Source: Basidiobolus meristosporus CBS 931.73
Taxonomy: Eukaryota; Fungi; Basidiobolomycota
Length of the DNA: 64,000 nt
Assembly: GCA_002104905.1 (NCBI GenBank)
Contig: MCFE01000129.1
Location: forward strand, 62,001 to 126,000
Reading direction: 5' to 3'
Below are positions 38,749 through 51,047 of the stretch, in pieces. Positions within the stretch are counted from its first letter, which is position 1. Each line of letters starts with the position of its first letter. The position numbers and the translations under genes are program-made. The notes beneath the pieces are model-generated. The model ran no database searches, was not told where the DNA came from, and saw only the letters and a list, made by a program, of their open reading frames with translations.

Positions 38749-41700
38749 TGTTGCAATATTCTGAGGAGTATTGGAAGTGATGTGGAGAACTAGAAGATTT
38801 ACATGTTATTCACTTGTAGATTTATTGATCAAAAGTATGGTATTTATACTTTTGATAAAGTAGAGGAAACAAACGTGTAGAGTTTGTTAAGGAAGGTCCC
38901 AAGAATATGTGTGCAAAGTTTGGGGTCTTTTGGACAACTTTGAGAAAAATAATAATCTGGGTACCTGATAACTTGGTGAAAATATTCTAAGTAAATCCCG
39001 ACAAGAAATCTAGTCAGGACAGAATGCTAATCACAGAATAAGATCTATGTGACTAAGTTAGCATGAATATTTAGGTGACAATTCAATAATTACAACACTC
39101 CCACTCAACAAAATATTCATGAGTAATAAATACATATTGTGAGTGTGCAATCTGTAATAAGCGTATAAGATTTAACTGTTTTGCATACTGGACTAATATA
39201 TTATCCAAAGGTGTATGCATTTGTGTTCAACTTAATAGAACAAGTAACTTGGAATTCAGTATGCATATCTACTTAGTAATATGCCTAAAAATCTGAATGA
39301 TCTGATCATAATACTAATCATCAACTTTGATCAGTTGTACGGGCTTGAATAATAAGCTGAGTCTGATTGACAGATTGTAATAATGGTATATAGCCTCTGG
39401 GCTATTCAATGCTTCTTATTTGAGCAAAATTGACCCACTTTTGGTCAAGTTAAGGTTTTGTCATTTACGGCAGATCTGGAGTTTCCTTATTTCCGGCCAA
39501 CAGTCTAATCCATTTAGACAACTTCACTGTGTGTCCATATTAGGCTCAGGGACAGTTACTTCCATCATATAGATGCTATATGAGGTAAAAAATAGTGACC
39601 TACTTTGGGTCAAGTTAAGGTTTTGTCATTTACGCCTGATCCGGATTATCCTTGTTTCCTGGCACTGTGGCACATATAACATGGCCAAAAAAAGAAGGTT
39701 TTTGCTCAACTCTGAGCTGGGATGGCCTGCTCCCACTTGAACCACGTCTGTTTAGTGATTCAGATCCACAAATATGATCTAGAATGGTCATCTTTGTCTT
39801 CTTTAAATAGCAATAACTTTCTTTGGACTGATTACTTCATATGCGGTAGATTCAAAGTCCATTTGCTTCTTGATTTACCCAGTTTGGTATTGGACAACAC
39901 CATGGGTTGTTTAATAGCTATTCTTAGAGTGCTTCTACTGATTTGGATTGATACAGCTGCTTTTGTCTTATCAGAATATACTTGTAGAATAGAGATTGGC
40001 GCTTTTCCAGAAGTGAGATTCTCCTTAACAAGGGCTTTGATTATCCTTATTCTCCTGATAGTTATTTTCAACCTTGAGCTTGGTTTCCAAGGCTAACTGA
40101 TCTTCTCAGTGTCTTCAGAATCCATAAAAAAACATCTGGTTTATCCTTGCACCTTTTTCTTTCAGCTCCATAGACAGCAGACATCAAGACTTCTGCACTA
40201 AATAATCTGTTCTAATATATACTACAATATCTAACAGATCCTGTTGAAGTTTCAAGGCTCTTCTGGGGTTTCTAGCTTGAGAACTTTGTACAAGAGGCTC
40301 CATAGAACATATCTGCATTGCCAGATAGTCCAAATATGGCCTACATAGGTTTTGGCACCATTTGGGAAGTACCCTAGTTTGCAGTAGTAGTATTTTCCAT
40401 TTTTTCTTCTTTTCTTTTTCTGCTGATGACCCAGGGATAATTCCTTTTGTGGGGTGGTTCTGGACTTCCTTGCAGGTGGGACCATGGTGTTTTTGAGCAC
40501 AAGAGTCTCCATGACATCATTGTTCCAGAATATCTGACTATTTGAGAGTGAAATAATCAAAATCGGCATCCACTTAGATCATTCATAACTTTTGATAGAG
40601 TTGACCAAATTTGATCAAATAAACTGCATTTGATAGCTAGCTTCATCAATACTTTGGTATCAGACTCCAATATATCAGTATTTTGAGTTGCAGAACTTGG
40701 CAGTGACTTGATCAATCAAAATTCTTTTGATCTTATCCAGAGAAGTTAAATATCACCAAGTGTTTTCTCCCACTATAATAAGTGATATATATATAACAAG
40801 TATAAAGTACTATGTTATCTTCTGAGTGGCTCTTAGCTGTGTACTGACCAACTGTTGCTTGGTTGTATACTCCAATCAGGCTTGCAATTATATGCTTCAC
40901 TCCTTTGGCTGGCGGTAGAATCTTCATGAGTTGATTTTGCTAAATTTGTATAATACTTTCTCCCACTGTTTTGAGACTTAAACAGAGTGATAGCACGTCT
41001 AACAGCTCCATATTTAGCTCCTGGTACACTGGTTTCAGTATCAAAACACTTGATACAATTATAGCATTCTTCTAATGGATTGTGTAGTACATATCCGTAC
41101 TCCAGGTGGATATATATGTATTATATATCATTGGGATCCTTACAATTCAGGAAGCTTGTTTCTGAGATCTTTTTTCATCAGTAGATAGTCCAGAATGGCG
41201 GCTAACAGCTCCAGTATTTGCATTCTCAGCTGTATTTTGAGTGGCAACAGATTTTTGGTAAAATCCTCCTCCGGCAATCATTAATAATGATCTATATTTT
41301 TTTTTTTGCAATTCAGGATAATATCCTATCCAAGAGCTCGTCTAACAGTCAATTGGGGTCATATGAATACATATTGCAGTTTATTTCATTGTAGATCTGG
41401 ACCCTCAATTGCTGGAATTACGCAATTTTCTTCAGTAGTGGTAGAGCACCAACATACTATATTTCTTGACACAATTACATGCCAGTTTGATTGACTCTTC
41501 TTCATACTAACTTGGATAGTTACTGAAGGCATCTTTTGAAGGCAAGGCCTTCTTCTCCACAGCAATATCCTCATAAACATAGCCTTTAGCAGCGGTAGTC
41601 TTCTTTAACCTTAGCGGAGCAATAGTGCAGAAAGTCTTTCTCCAGACTAGCAGAAAAGGATCCAAAGCATAGTAGACACAAAGAGGACAGCAAGCTCGGG

Positions 41701-42059
41701 GCTCATAACCTGTTGCAATATTCTGAGGAGTATTGGAAGTGATGTGGAGAACTAGAAGATTTACATGTTATTCACTTGTAGATTTATTGATCAAAAGTAT
41801 GGTATTTATACTTTTGATAAAGTAGAGGAAACAAACGTGTAGAGTTTGTTAAGGAAGGTTCCAAGAATATGTGTGCAAAGTTTGGGGTCTTTTGGACAAC
41901 TTTGAGAAAAATAATAATCTGGGTACCTGATAACTTGGTGAAAATATTCTAAGTAAATCCCAACAAGAAATCTAGTCAGGACAGAATGCTAATCACAGAA
42001 TAAGATCTATGTGACTAAGTTAGCATGAATATTTAGGTGACAATTCAATAATTACAACA
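38749..42059 (-). mobile_element. 3.3-kb non-autonomous Copia-like LTR element (element C2), recent insertion
   Basis: LTRs 38749-39097 and 41711-42059 (349 bp, 2 mismatches). TSD GAAAG (38744-48, 42060-64). PBS at 41699-41710. PPT at 39098-39107. Internal region collinear with C1. Confidence 0.95.
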
Positions 42060-45000
42060 GAAAGTACATGGAGTCCTATGCTGGCATTGTAGGAACCTTT
42101 ATTCAGAAGTGGCTCACCCATAACAATTTCATAAATATGTGGCTTTTGTGCAAAGTGTATGTGACAGAATTTGAGCAGCTAAGCTTCAAGCATAAAGCTG
42201 AGTGTGTAGATCTCTGTCACAATTATATCAATCATTGACTCTCTCTTGCTTGCTATGTGGAGAATATTTGAACTTGCTTCATTTTTTGGGAGTTTCTCTG
42301 TGGGCTCTATCTTTGGGTACTGCTGTAGTGCTTCAAAGACTAGACAGTGTTCCTCTGATGCTACATTGGAAAATGACTCAATTCTGGTGTGTGACATTAA
42401 GCTATTTGAGTTCCTTTTCAAAGTGAAGATACTGCATTCTCTACCTGCAATATTGTTTGCACTTCATAAATATCTGCTTATCCTGCCTCTGGATTGTTTT
42501 CTGATTTCTCTGGGCTATTGCATCTATTTTATTAGCCATTGCACCTAATTGCCTCATTAATACTTTGGTATGGGCTGACAACATACTTTCAAATACTGGT
42601 ATTGGTGAAGTTATCATGGCCATTTGCTGTTCTTCAACTGGAGGCACTGCACTTGAAGCATTCTTATTTGCCAGAGCATTATGCTGGCCCAACATATGGA
42701 ATGATATAGTTCAGAAAGGATCAATAGGATATTACTAGTACCTGGGTAGTATAAGTTTGGAAGTCAAGAATATAAGAGTGGGCATATTTGTCTGCAGATG
42801 GTATTATGAACCCAATCTAGCATATGATGAATTCTCAGTGAATAAGTACAATATCAACAAATCTTAATGGCCACTGATCCTCATCAACCTGAATCTGTGG
42901 GCAACAGTACAGATGTAGAGCAATAATAGTATCCCTGATATCAGGGCCTAAAATACTGCCCAATCTAAATAGCTGCCTGTATCCATTGCTAGATGAATCT
43001 TGGATGCTCTCCAGTTGTGTACCAATAAATAGTCAGCATTTCAAAGCATATATTATTTTTATATGCAATGGAGATAGACCTGCCATTGGCAAGATAGCTA
43101 GCATTTCTGGGCACAATAGAGAGTATTGATTTCAAATATGGGGGATACACTGGGGTTACTCCATAATTTGCATACACCATCATTATTCAAACACCAACAC
43201 TAAGGGCATGATGATTCTAAAAATAATGTACAGAAGTCAGCACACACTTGTAGCACTGTTGGCAAGCTATTGGTTATCGGCCAGAGTATGGAATCAATCA
43301 GAAGCCAGGGATACTCAAGATATGGGAATTTGTTGGAGCAGAAACTATCCACTGGGAGTAATAAATTTGCTCTTTAGCAATATCCCAGCACCAATGACCA
43401 AGTTTAGTGCAAATAGAGATGAGCCATCAGCTCGTACCAACTACGTGCAATAGCTCACGTGGGGAATTGAAAGTGAATAGCGAGGACGTGTACTATTGTC
43501 GGGCATTTTAGACCCAATCGTAAGTCAGGATTTTCTACAAACTTGGTTACGAATATTGGTTAGACTCGGTTGTGATTATTTTCTTTGGAAAGGCCTCCGC
43601 ACTGTCATGGACTGGAATCAGGATGTGGTAGCAGTGAACCGAGAATAAAATTTCTCCATCATAACGGTCCCCACTTCCAGCGACAGTTGGATCATTTGTC
43701 TGTTGGATTGGCCGAATGCTAGAATGAATCCTCACGTTGAAATGTGACCCCGTTTCGTTCCCCACTACATAGTTATCCACCGCTCCAGGCTAGAAGAATA
43801 CGATGGATTCGTCAGTTGGGATGTGAAGCTTTCCCTCCGACTCCGCAACCTGCATACCACTTGGTTTATAAACCATAGAAATCGGGTCTGGATTGACAGT
43901 TCTGAGAGTGTTCCTTACGGAATATCCGTGAGAAAGTCAAAGAACTTTTAGAGAGCCCTTTGCTTCTACCCCCATGAGTTGCTCTCCTTTATTCATGTGT
44001 ATGTTTTTCATGAAAGGTTTGTCACCAAAGGTGGTTGATAACGTGAAGCGCACGATGATCCCTCAAGATTGACCCCGAAATCCCAACCAATTGATCAAGC
44101 ATCAATCCCGGGCCCATGAATGCCTAGGCACGCCACCAGTTATTTGCCACAGCGGGAGTCTTGAGGAGATTCGGCGTATCGAGCGGAAATCGGGCTTTCA
44201 AAGGTTAACTGATGAAGTAAAAATCCCGGGTTTATACTTCGGGAAGCGCTTCGTTCGACAAACCACGTGAGCCTGTCTCAGAATGTTACGGAAAGGCGGG
44301 TGCGAAGCTTGAGGACTTGGCAAACGACCGAGATTCTCAGTATATCTACGGCACCGAAGGATCAGCGAATCCACTTGTTCGAAGCAGCCTCCGGCAAATG
44401 AAGTGCTAATCCACGATAGACGAACAATCTGGTGCAACACTAGTTGTCCACAACCCAAATTATCCTCCATACACACAGTTCAGTGGAGGCATAGAGCCAA
44501 TAGATTCCCGGGAATGTGCTAAGTCAAAGCCAATCTCTAGCTGGTCCACCAAGTCGAAACCCAGAAATAAGAATCAATAGCAGCGATTCCGTTTATTCGT
44601 AACAGTTCACACCCCCTAAGTCTTGACTGATTACTCTGATGGCTATGCTAGTTTGATTGTATTCATACATCGAATCACGTCCGGGCAACTGATCCTGAAT
44701 ATGTGTATATTGGTCATATTTGGAGCTCCTATCACATATCGGGAAACAATACGATTTTCAGGTTAGTAGCACTTATGAAACAGTCCATCGCGCCAGTGAT
44801 TGAGCCAACCTGTCATGTTCAAAGCGGCATATTTCCTAGCATCGATCTTCACGGTAGGAAGCAGCTACTGATAGCACCAGTATCAGCTTTCGTCGCAACC
44901 AATCCTTACCCTCCTATCCTGCTCCCTAGCATTCGCTCGCTCGGCTAAGGGGCGAAAACACCCCTCTGCTTTCGGCATGGTTTTGTAAAGAGATATCAAG

Positions 45001-47169
45001 CGAAAGAAATGGACTGCGCAGCAGCAGAGCATGCAACCCCACCTGCAAAGTTTGGGGAGTTTTGGGATATTTACAGCACAGCTCGAAGTGAGATACTGAA
45101 TCCCTGGTCTGATCAAACATTCCTACCCAAGTCTACTGCGGATGATCGTCAGGTGCTTGGTGGTATGCTGGGTAGTGGCTGAGGTAATTTAGGACATTCC
45201 CAAAATGGTAGCAGTGTTCATGTCGTAGTGATTATGTCAGAAATCCATCATATGCACCCAAAATCCGCACACTCCAATGGGTTGTGTTTTTGCCGAATTT
45301 GGAGCAAAACGAATGTCCGCGCTCTACAGGGGAATCCGTCATATGATGCCACTAGAGCTGTGTTGCAAACATCAACAGGGTTGGTTCATCGCCAATGAAG
45401 GCTTTGGAAAGAAATACACAACAATTGGCGTATGTGTGCGTTGACCAGTGTCCACTATTAGTGATCCGAAGGCCTAAGGAAGCCGAGGAAGACTGTTCCA
45501 GAGATTGTGGCCTCGAGGTCCATGTAGAATTTGGTGCCAGCTTGGAATCAATCAGCCATGTCAGCCGAATCATGATCGGTACCACCCTAGCAACCGGTGG
45601 CAGTGCAATATTGAAAAATCAGAGGTCGATTAGGATAATTCTATAATCACCGGTTTAATACGATCAATGTCCCAAACATCCCAGAGTCACCAGTCTTCCG
45701 CAAAACGTGAGGCCAGGTGTTGAAACGAGCCCGGCACCGATGGATGCTACCACTCAATGTTGTTGTTATGATGCATATGCTGGTAAGTAATTTAGCTGGG
45801 GAAATACTGAAAGTCGCCTGCACACTGAAATGCGCGATCTATATTTGGCGAGGTATGCAACTAGAACAGACCCTCCTGAAATGGCACTTTAATTAGAGTT
45901 TAAGATAAGGGCGACAAACTTGTTCAATTTCGAATAGAGTGGATCTTTCGAGCTCAGATAACGCAGCAATTTAACTGGTTTTTGAATCGCGGACTAGTGC
46001 CGAAAGTGTCCATTTCCAAAATGTAGACCAAGCAAAAGCCATTCAGTAGGTAGAGATCCATACGCGCTAGCAAGCTCTACGTTCCAAATGGGCTTGGTCT
46101 TGGGTGGGGCTAAAGAGCCATAATGGGTCTAAACCTTTCTCTTCCCCCTCTAGGGATCAGTCGATCCGCCACTCAGTCATTCCTAAATAGGAATCCAAAG
46201 TGGCATAGATATTGCTCGAACAGTCCACACCATCCCCATTTGGCCCAGACGGCAGTCACTGAAACACCTCAAAAGGAAACAAAAACACGCTGAGGGCACT
46301 ACCTCACTCTGTCCTTTTGGAAAACGACACCTTAAATTAAGCGATAATCCCATTTGGCGAAAGGACATCCCAACAATTCTCCGGTTTAAATATCCGCATT
46401 GTCGGGCTAAATCATCTAGAACTCGCTGCGGCTAGCCGATATATGACAATATATGAGTCTTCGCCATGCAGCGAATCATCGAGCCGGAAATTATACCACA
46501 ACACTCCTCTACCATTTGGATCAGCTCAGGCTATTCCGTCACCATTGCTACCACTAGCCTGCATTTTTAACATCACGAAGCGACCAAATGGGTGATGGCC
46601 ATCTACAGGGTGTGAAATGCACGGTGAGCATATACCCGAGTATTACCACGATAGCATCGAAATCTGTGACTACGGATTACATCTACTCAATTGGCACCCT
46701 ATGGCTTCATGCAATTCCAAGCTAGGGAAATATCAGGAGATGGGCGTCAGATCTGGGGCAGGTTTGTAGGCCCGTTGCTCCCTCGTGAAGAGGTGTGTGT
46801 TGATTCTACCCTTCGTTTCGAATAAAAATGCACTGAAGTCTCCGCCAAACAGTTGACCGGTCACTCTTTTCGTCAAGTAGGAAGCACATTCAGTGCGTTG
46901 TCCTCTCTGTGTATCTTGACTAGACCCAGTTGCCGGTATATGGACGGTGTTGCGGCTGGACTGATTTTCGGCATCAACTCTTCGTGGTACTTACACATAG
47001 AGCGAGGATCATTTCGGCATCAAATAGTGTCAAATCTGAGCCATCACCCCCTCCCTCGCCCTCATAGTCCCTATCCTCGAATATAAAAGGAGCGCATAGA
47101 TGATTCCAACATCGGCCTATCTTCCCCACCCATCCTTCAAACTGATGCCTTGCTCCACTGCTCGATTTC

Positions 47170-48153
47170 ATGTCACTCACAAATAGCTACTTGTCGAATT
47201 GGATCCCCAGCAGAAAACAGCAACATATTTCCGTTCCCACCGTGACCGGGGACATAACTCACTTGTTTGCGGAAGATAACACAGGAATCGAAGAGGCCTT
47301 GCCCTTTATCTTCACCATATTGTCATCAATCGAAGAAGAATTAGCAAATGAGTCTTGGTTGGAGGCATCGTGGGCGTCAAGCACACTTGACAAAGATGAC
47401 GTTCCACACGAACGTCAGGTTGAGGCGGTTTTTCTAATGGCCCTCAGTGAGTTATATCATGAGGATGTTGCGCAGAGCATTAAGCTGCTGGACGAGATTC
47501 TGAACCATGGAATCCGCTCACCTAGATTAGCAACTATCTATCAAGTAATTTTGTCTATTCTTTCTTCAAATCACCAACGTTCACATACTGACGAGCTTAC
47601 CTATCCTCCTGAATTCCCCCTCTCACCACAGATCTCTTTAAACACTGGATCCTTCCCTAATTCTCCTCCATCTGCCCAGACTGTTCCTTCTGCGAGGGAT
47701 TTACCTAACTCTTCTCCATCTGGTCAAGCCGTTCCTTCCGCGTGGGACTTGCCAAACTCCCCTCCATCTATCCAGGCCGTTCCTTCGGCGAGGGATACCG
47801 CGCCGGTGAGGTCAAGCACGCATTCCCCTGAGAGACAGGAGAGAGCAAGGAGGAGAAGCAGATCCTCTCGGGAGAGAAGGCTTTCATGCTCGGAGTGCGA
47901 GAAAACTTTCGATCGCCCCTCCGCTCTAGCAAGTCACCAAAAGACCCATTCACATCGCCGCGAGTTCGTGTGCAGCCTTTGCTCTAGTGCGTTCAAATTC
48001 AAGCACGATATGGAGCGTCATGTTCGCAGGCATACCGGAGAAAAGCCTTACCCCTGTTGCTACTGTGACCAGGGCTTCTATCGGTCCGACACTATGACCA
48101 ACCATATGAAAACGAAGCACCCAGATGCCAAGGATCACACGGCTGAAAGTTAG
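47170..48153 (+). CDS. C2H2 zinc-finger transcription factor (3 fingers), 327 aa, intronless
   Basis: CSECEKTFDRPSALASHQKTH; CSLCSSAFKFKHDMERHVRRH-TGEKPY; CCYCDQGFYRSDTMTNHMKTKH. Ser/Pro-rich middle region. Confidence 0.93.
   Translation: MSLTNSYLSNWIPSRKQQHISVPTVTGDITHLFAEDNTGIEEALPFIFTILSSIEEELANESWLEASWASSTLDKDDVPHERQVEAVFLMALSELYHEDVAQSIKLLDEILNHGIRSPRLATIYQVILSILSSNHQRSHTDELTYPPEFPLSPQISLNTGSFPNSPPSAQTVPSARDLPNSSPSGQAVPSAWDLPNSPPSIQAVPSARDTAPVRSSTHSPERQERARRRSRSSRERRLSCSECEKTFDRPSALASHQKTHSHRREFVCSLCSSAFKFKHDMERHVRRHTGEKPYPCCYCDQGFYRSDTMTNHMKTKHPDAKDHTAES
47653..47796 (+). repeat. 3 x 48-nt in-frame coding tandem repeat
   Basis: FPNSPPSAQTVPSARD / LPNSSPSGQAVPSAWD / LPNSPPSIQAVPSARD. 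Confidence 0.95.
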
Positions 48154-50222
48154 TGCACTGTAACATCGATATCAGTGTCTGTACATTATTTACTAGTCGT
48201 TTTCCACCAATCCTAACGCCAAAAACAACCATCATATTGTTAGTGTATATATACTGTCATATTCAGGACAGTTGGTCAGAAATGGATTGATTAAGCCAAG
48301 TCTCTGGGCCATCCCTGGTGTATCTAGCCGAAACAAGATTAAGTTTGCTCTTCAATGATAATAAAATAGTGTGGAGTACTCGTAAGTCATTTCGGATTTT
48401 ATGGCCAGGCAGGTGCTCATTTTGGAAAGGGAACCTCGGTGGAGAGGAGTGTTGATAAGAGGGGCGAATCCTGCGGGCCTAGATCTTCGAAGATACCTGG
48501 CATTAGCATTGACCCGATGTTGGTAGTACGCATAAAATCGTAGATGCCAGCTGCCGCTCATTAAAATTAAGATTACCATGGACATCAAATGTAGTCTCAA
48601 AATATTGCGGAGTAGGCGGTGTCGGAGACCTGGCCAATCCAGTTACAGCCAACGATATTCGATTCGATGCTGCCTCGAAATTCTGACGTCCAATCATATC
48701 CAAGGGCTTGGCATGAGTCAGGAACATTATATTATACACTTCTTTGTTGCTGTAGTAGCTTGATCTGTAGTAGTGAAATGAGTTGGATCATTCTGTAAGA
48801 AACCCACTTCAAATACTTGATATTTCAGTATAAAGCACCGCACATTGAGCCTAATGTTACTTCATTTCGGAACCACCATAATAACAGGCCTCGCCTACTC
48901 CCCATAAACGGACATTAGCGCCCAAGTTACTGGCGTAGTGGGATGACACCAAACTCGTATGGAAAGGGCATCAGTCAGTGTTAATTGCCACTTGCAATTC
49001 TTACAGAGAAAAATATACCGACTCCACCTTCAAAGTATGTTAAGAATATAGAAGATTGACTTTTGCACTCAGGACCTGCAGAGTCCATTGATCTCAGTAA
49101 AGCTGGAGTTGCAACCTCAGCGATGTAGAATCAGCTGCACGCGTAGGGAGACAACAGGTGAAGAAGTGGGGTGAATACTGACTAACAATATGCTCAGCAG
49201 TTTGTTGGCTTTTTACGCTTTATTGTCTTTGCGGGAGGTTTCATCTCATAAATCAACGGTCAGATATCTATTTCATTTAGCCAGTGACTTCGTCTACCAT
49301 GAGAACCGACAAGAGCTAAACAGACCAGCCGTGGGATTCATTAGCTCTGTCAGTCGAAGTCAATAACTCTGCTTGGAGTAATCTCGAATTTAGCGGAGAA
49401 CGATAGATTGCCATCGAAGACACCGACAAAATGGAGTAGCCACCGTCAAAATGAGTTAGAGGCATACTTGGCCTACTTATACCATCAGGAGCGTTCGAGA
49501 ATCCTCACCCAACCAATGATCAGTGACCCCATGTAAAGGACCCAAAATGGCCCTACAGAGCGGATTAAACCATCCACTAATATGTGAGTGTGTGAAAAAC
49601 CCCTGGTACATATCAGCAGCTACAAATTGATACTAGCAGATCTCATGTGAGCGAGGTGACGAGGGTTTCTCCAACGTCTGCTGAGTCGCACACGCTGGGG
49701 ATTAATGGGGGAGTAACGAACTCTTCATTTCCTCACTTGGTCCCTAATGCAGGTACAATTGAATTGTGCATTCGACTCAAATTAATATGGGTGTACCGAG
49801 CCAAAAATAGTGGTTACGAATTACTCAGCATTGGGTGAGATTCATGTGAAATGAGCACCTTGTTTGTGAATACGGTGATATTGCATGTAGTGAGAATGAA
49901 GAACGCTAAAGCTTGGGCGTGTCAGATGAGTACAGGATTTGCTCCTAGTGCGGTAAATAGGTGGTCTATCATGAACTACAAATCTCAACAAAGAACTCAT
50001 TAGATTCAGGGCATGAGACCGCTGAGCTTTGGTGGCCTTGATATCTAGGATTCGGGTGGTTTTAGTGATTGTCCAGAGTAAATGGGAACTACCGGTTGAG
50101 TGCATCCTCCAGTTGCATATTCTTCTCCAAATAATGTGGCTACAGTAGCAGCGGCTTACCAGGAAGCATCCTCACCCAGTGATCCGTCGAGTAGCCGGGT
50201 GGTTACGGGAGCTCGGTAAGCG

Positions 50223-50260
50223 CTAGGGTTAGGGATAGGGATAGGGATAGGGTTAGGGTT
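50223..50260 (+). repeat. Interstitial telomere-like hexamer array
   Basis: CTAGGG TTAGGG ATAGGG ATAGGG ATAGGG TTAGGG TT. Confidence 0.85.
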
Positions 50261-50810
50261 GCGTGTACATCGACAAGGGGCAGCGGCCTTCCAAACCAGA
50301 ACCTCACATCACACACATCACTGGTCACCTATATTGGCTCAAACAGGTCGAAGGAGGGAATGTTATCTGACGCTGTTTGTGTTTTGTAGGATGTTTCAGA
50401 TCTTTCAAGCGTGACTGGGATTGACATTGGTAATGAACAGATGCTAATAAAAAAAGGTACCAAGACTCAGATTCCTAACCGGCAGCAGTGCTATTCGATC
50501 TCAATTATATGATCCATTGCTAAATTAAGCTGCTATTGGTTTGTTGATGACTAACACTAAACAAGACACCTGCGTTACCATCACCACCCACGCCACCTAT
50601 CAGCACCCATGATCATCTGGATCACTTCTACGTGATATATTTGTGCGCTCATAGAAGTGCGGATTGACTGCGAATATAGGCTTATGAGCAGTTTCATGTT
50701 TCGATACAAGCCAGATTCTGCATCAAGTGATATATTTGGTTGCGGCAGTTATACAATACCATATTGCAGCAATCATCACTGATCTTGGCTTCATGCTGTT
50801 ATATAACCCC

Positions 50811-51035
50811 ATGGATGACAGCACTGATCCTTTTTCTTCTGCGACACCTAACTGCCACCGATCTTTCTTCTCCCATCCAGGCAAGGAAACATTAACTTTA
50901 ATTCCGTCAGGCTTTCAGCTGAAAGCTCCACTCCCTTCTCCTGAGACCTCCCGTATTTTTCGCCAGGAGCCCTTTAGCCTTTCAGCGGAACACACATTAA
51001 GCGACCTTGACTACGCATTACCAGTTATTCAGTGA
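50811..51035 (+). other. 74-codon upstream ORF in frame with the Kin1-like CDS
   Basis: ATG 50811 to TGA 51033-35, then 4 sense codons before ATG 51048 in the same frame. Confidence 0.5.
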
Positions 51036-51047
51036 ACGTGGTTTGAT

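Larger units (their letters stand above)
1..43430. other. CpG-depleted, transposon-filled (heterochromatin-like) domain
   Basis: Most 60-nt lines before ~43,430 contain 0-1 CG, while lines after it typically contain several (line 43441 has 4). The region consists almost entirely of TE remnants. Boundary placed by eye. Confidence 0.9.

Noticed and set aside
43430-47100. Short ORFs (60-92 aa) and possible RNA genes in the 3.7 kb before the C2H2 gene, and in 48200-50700
   Set aside because: No recognisable domains, splice-consistent models or tRNA T-loop/acceptor structures were found. Treated as intergenic, though small spliced genes cannot be excluded.
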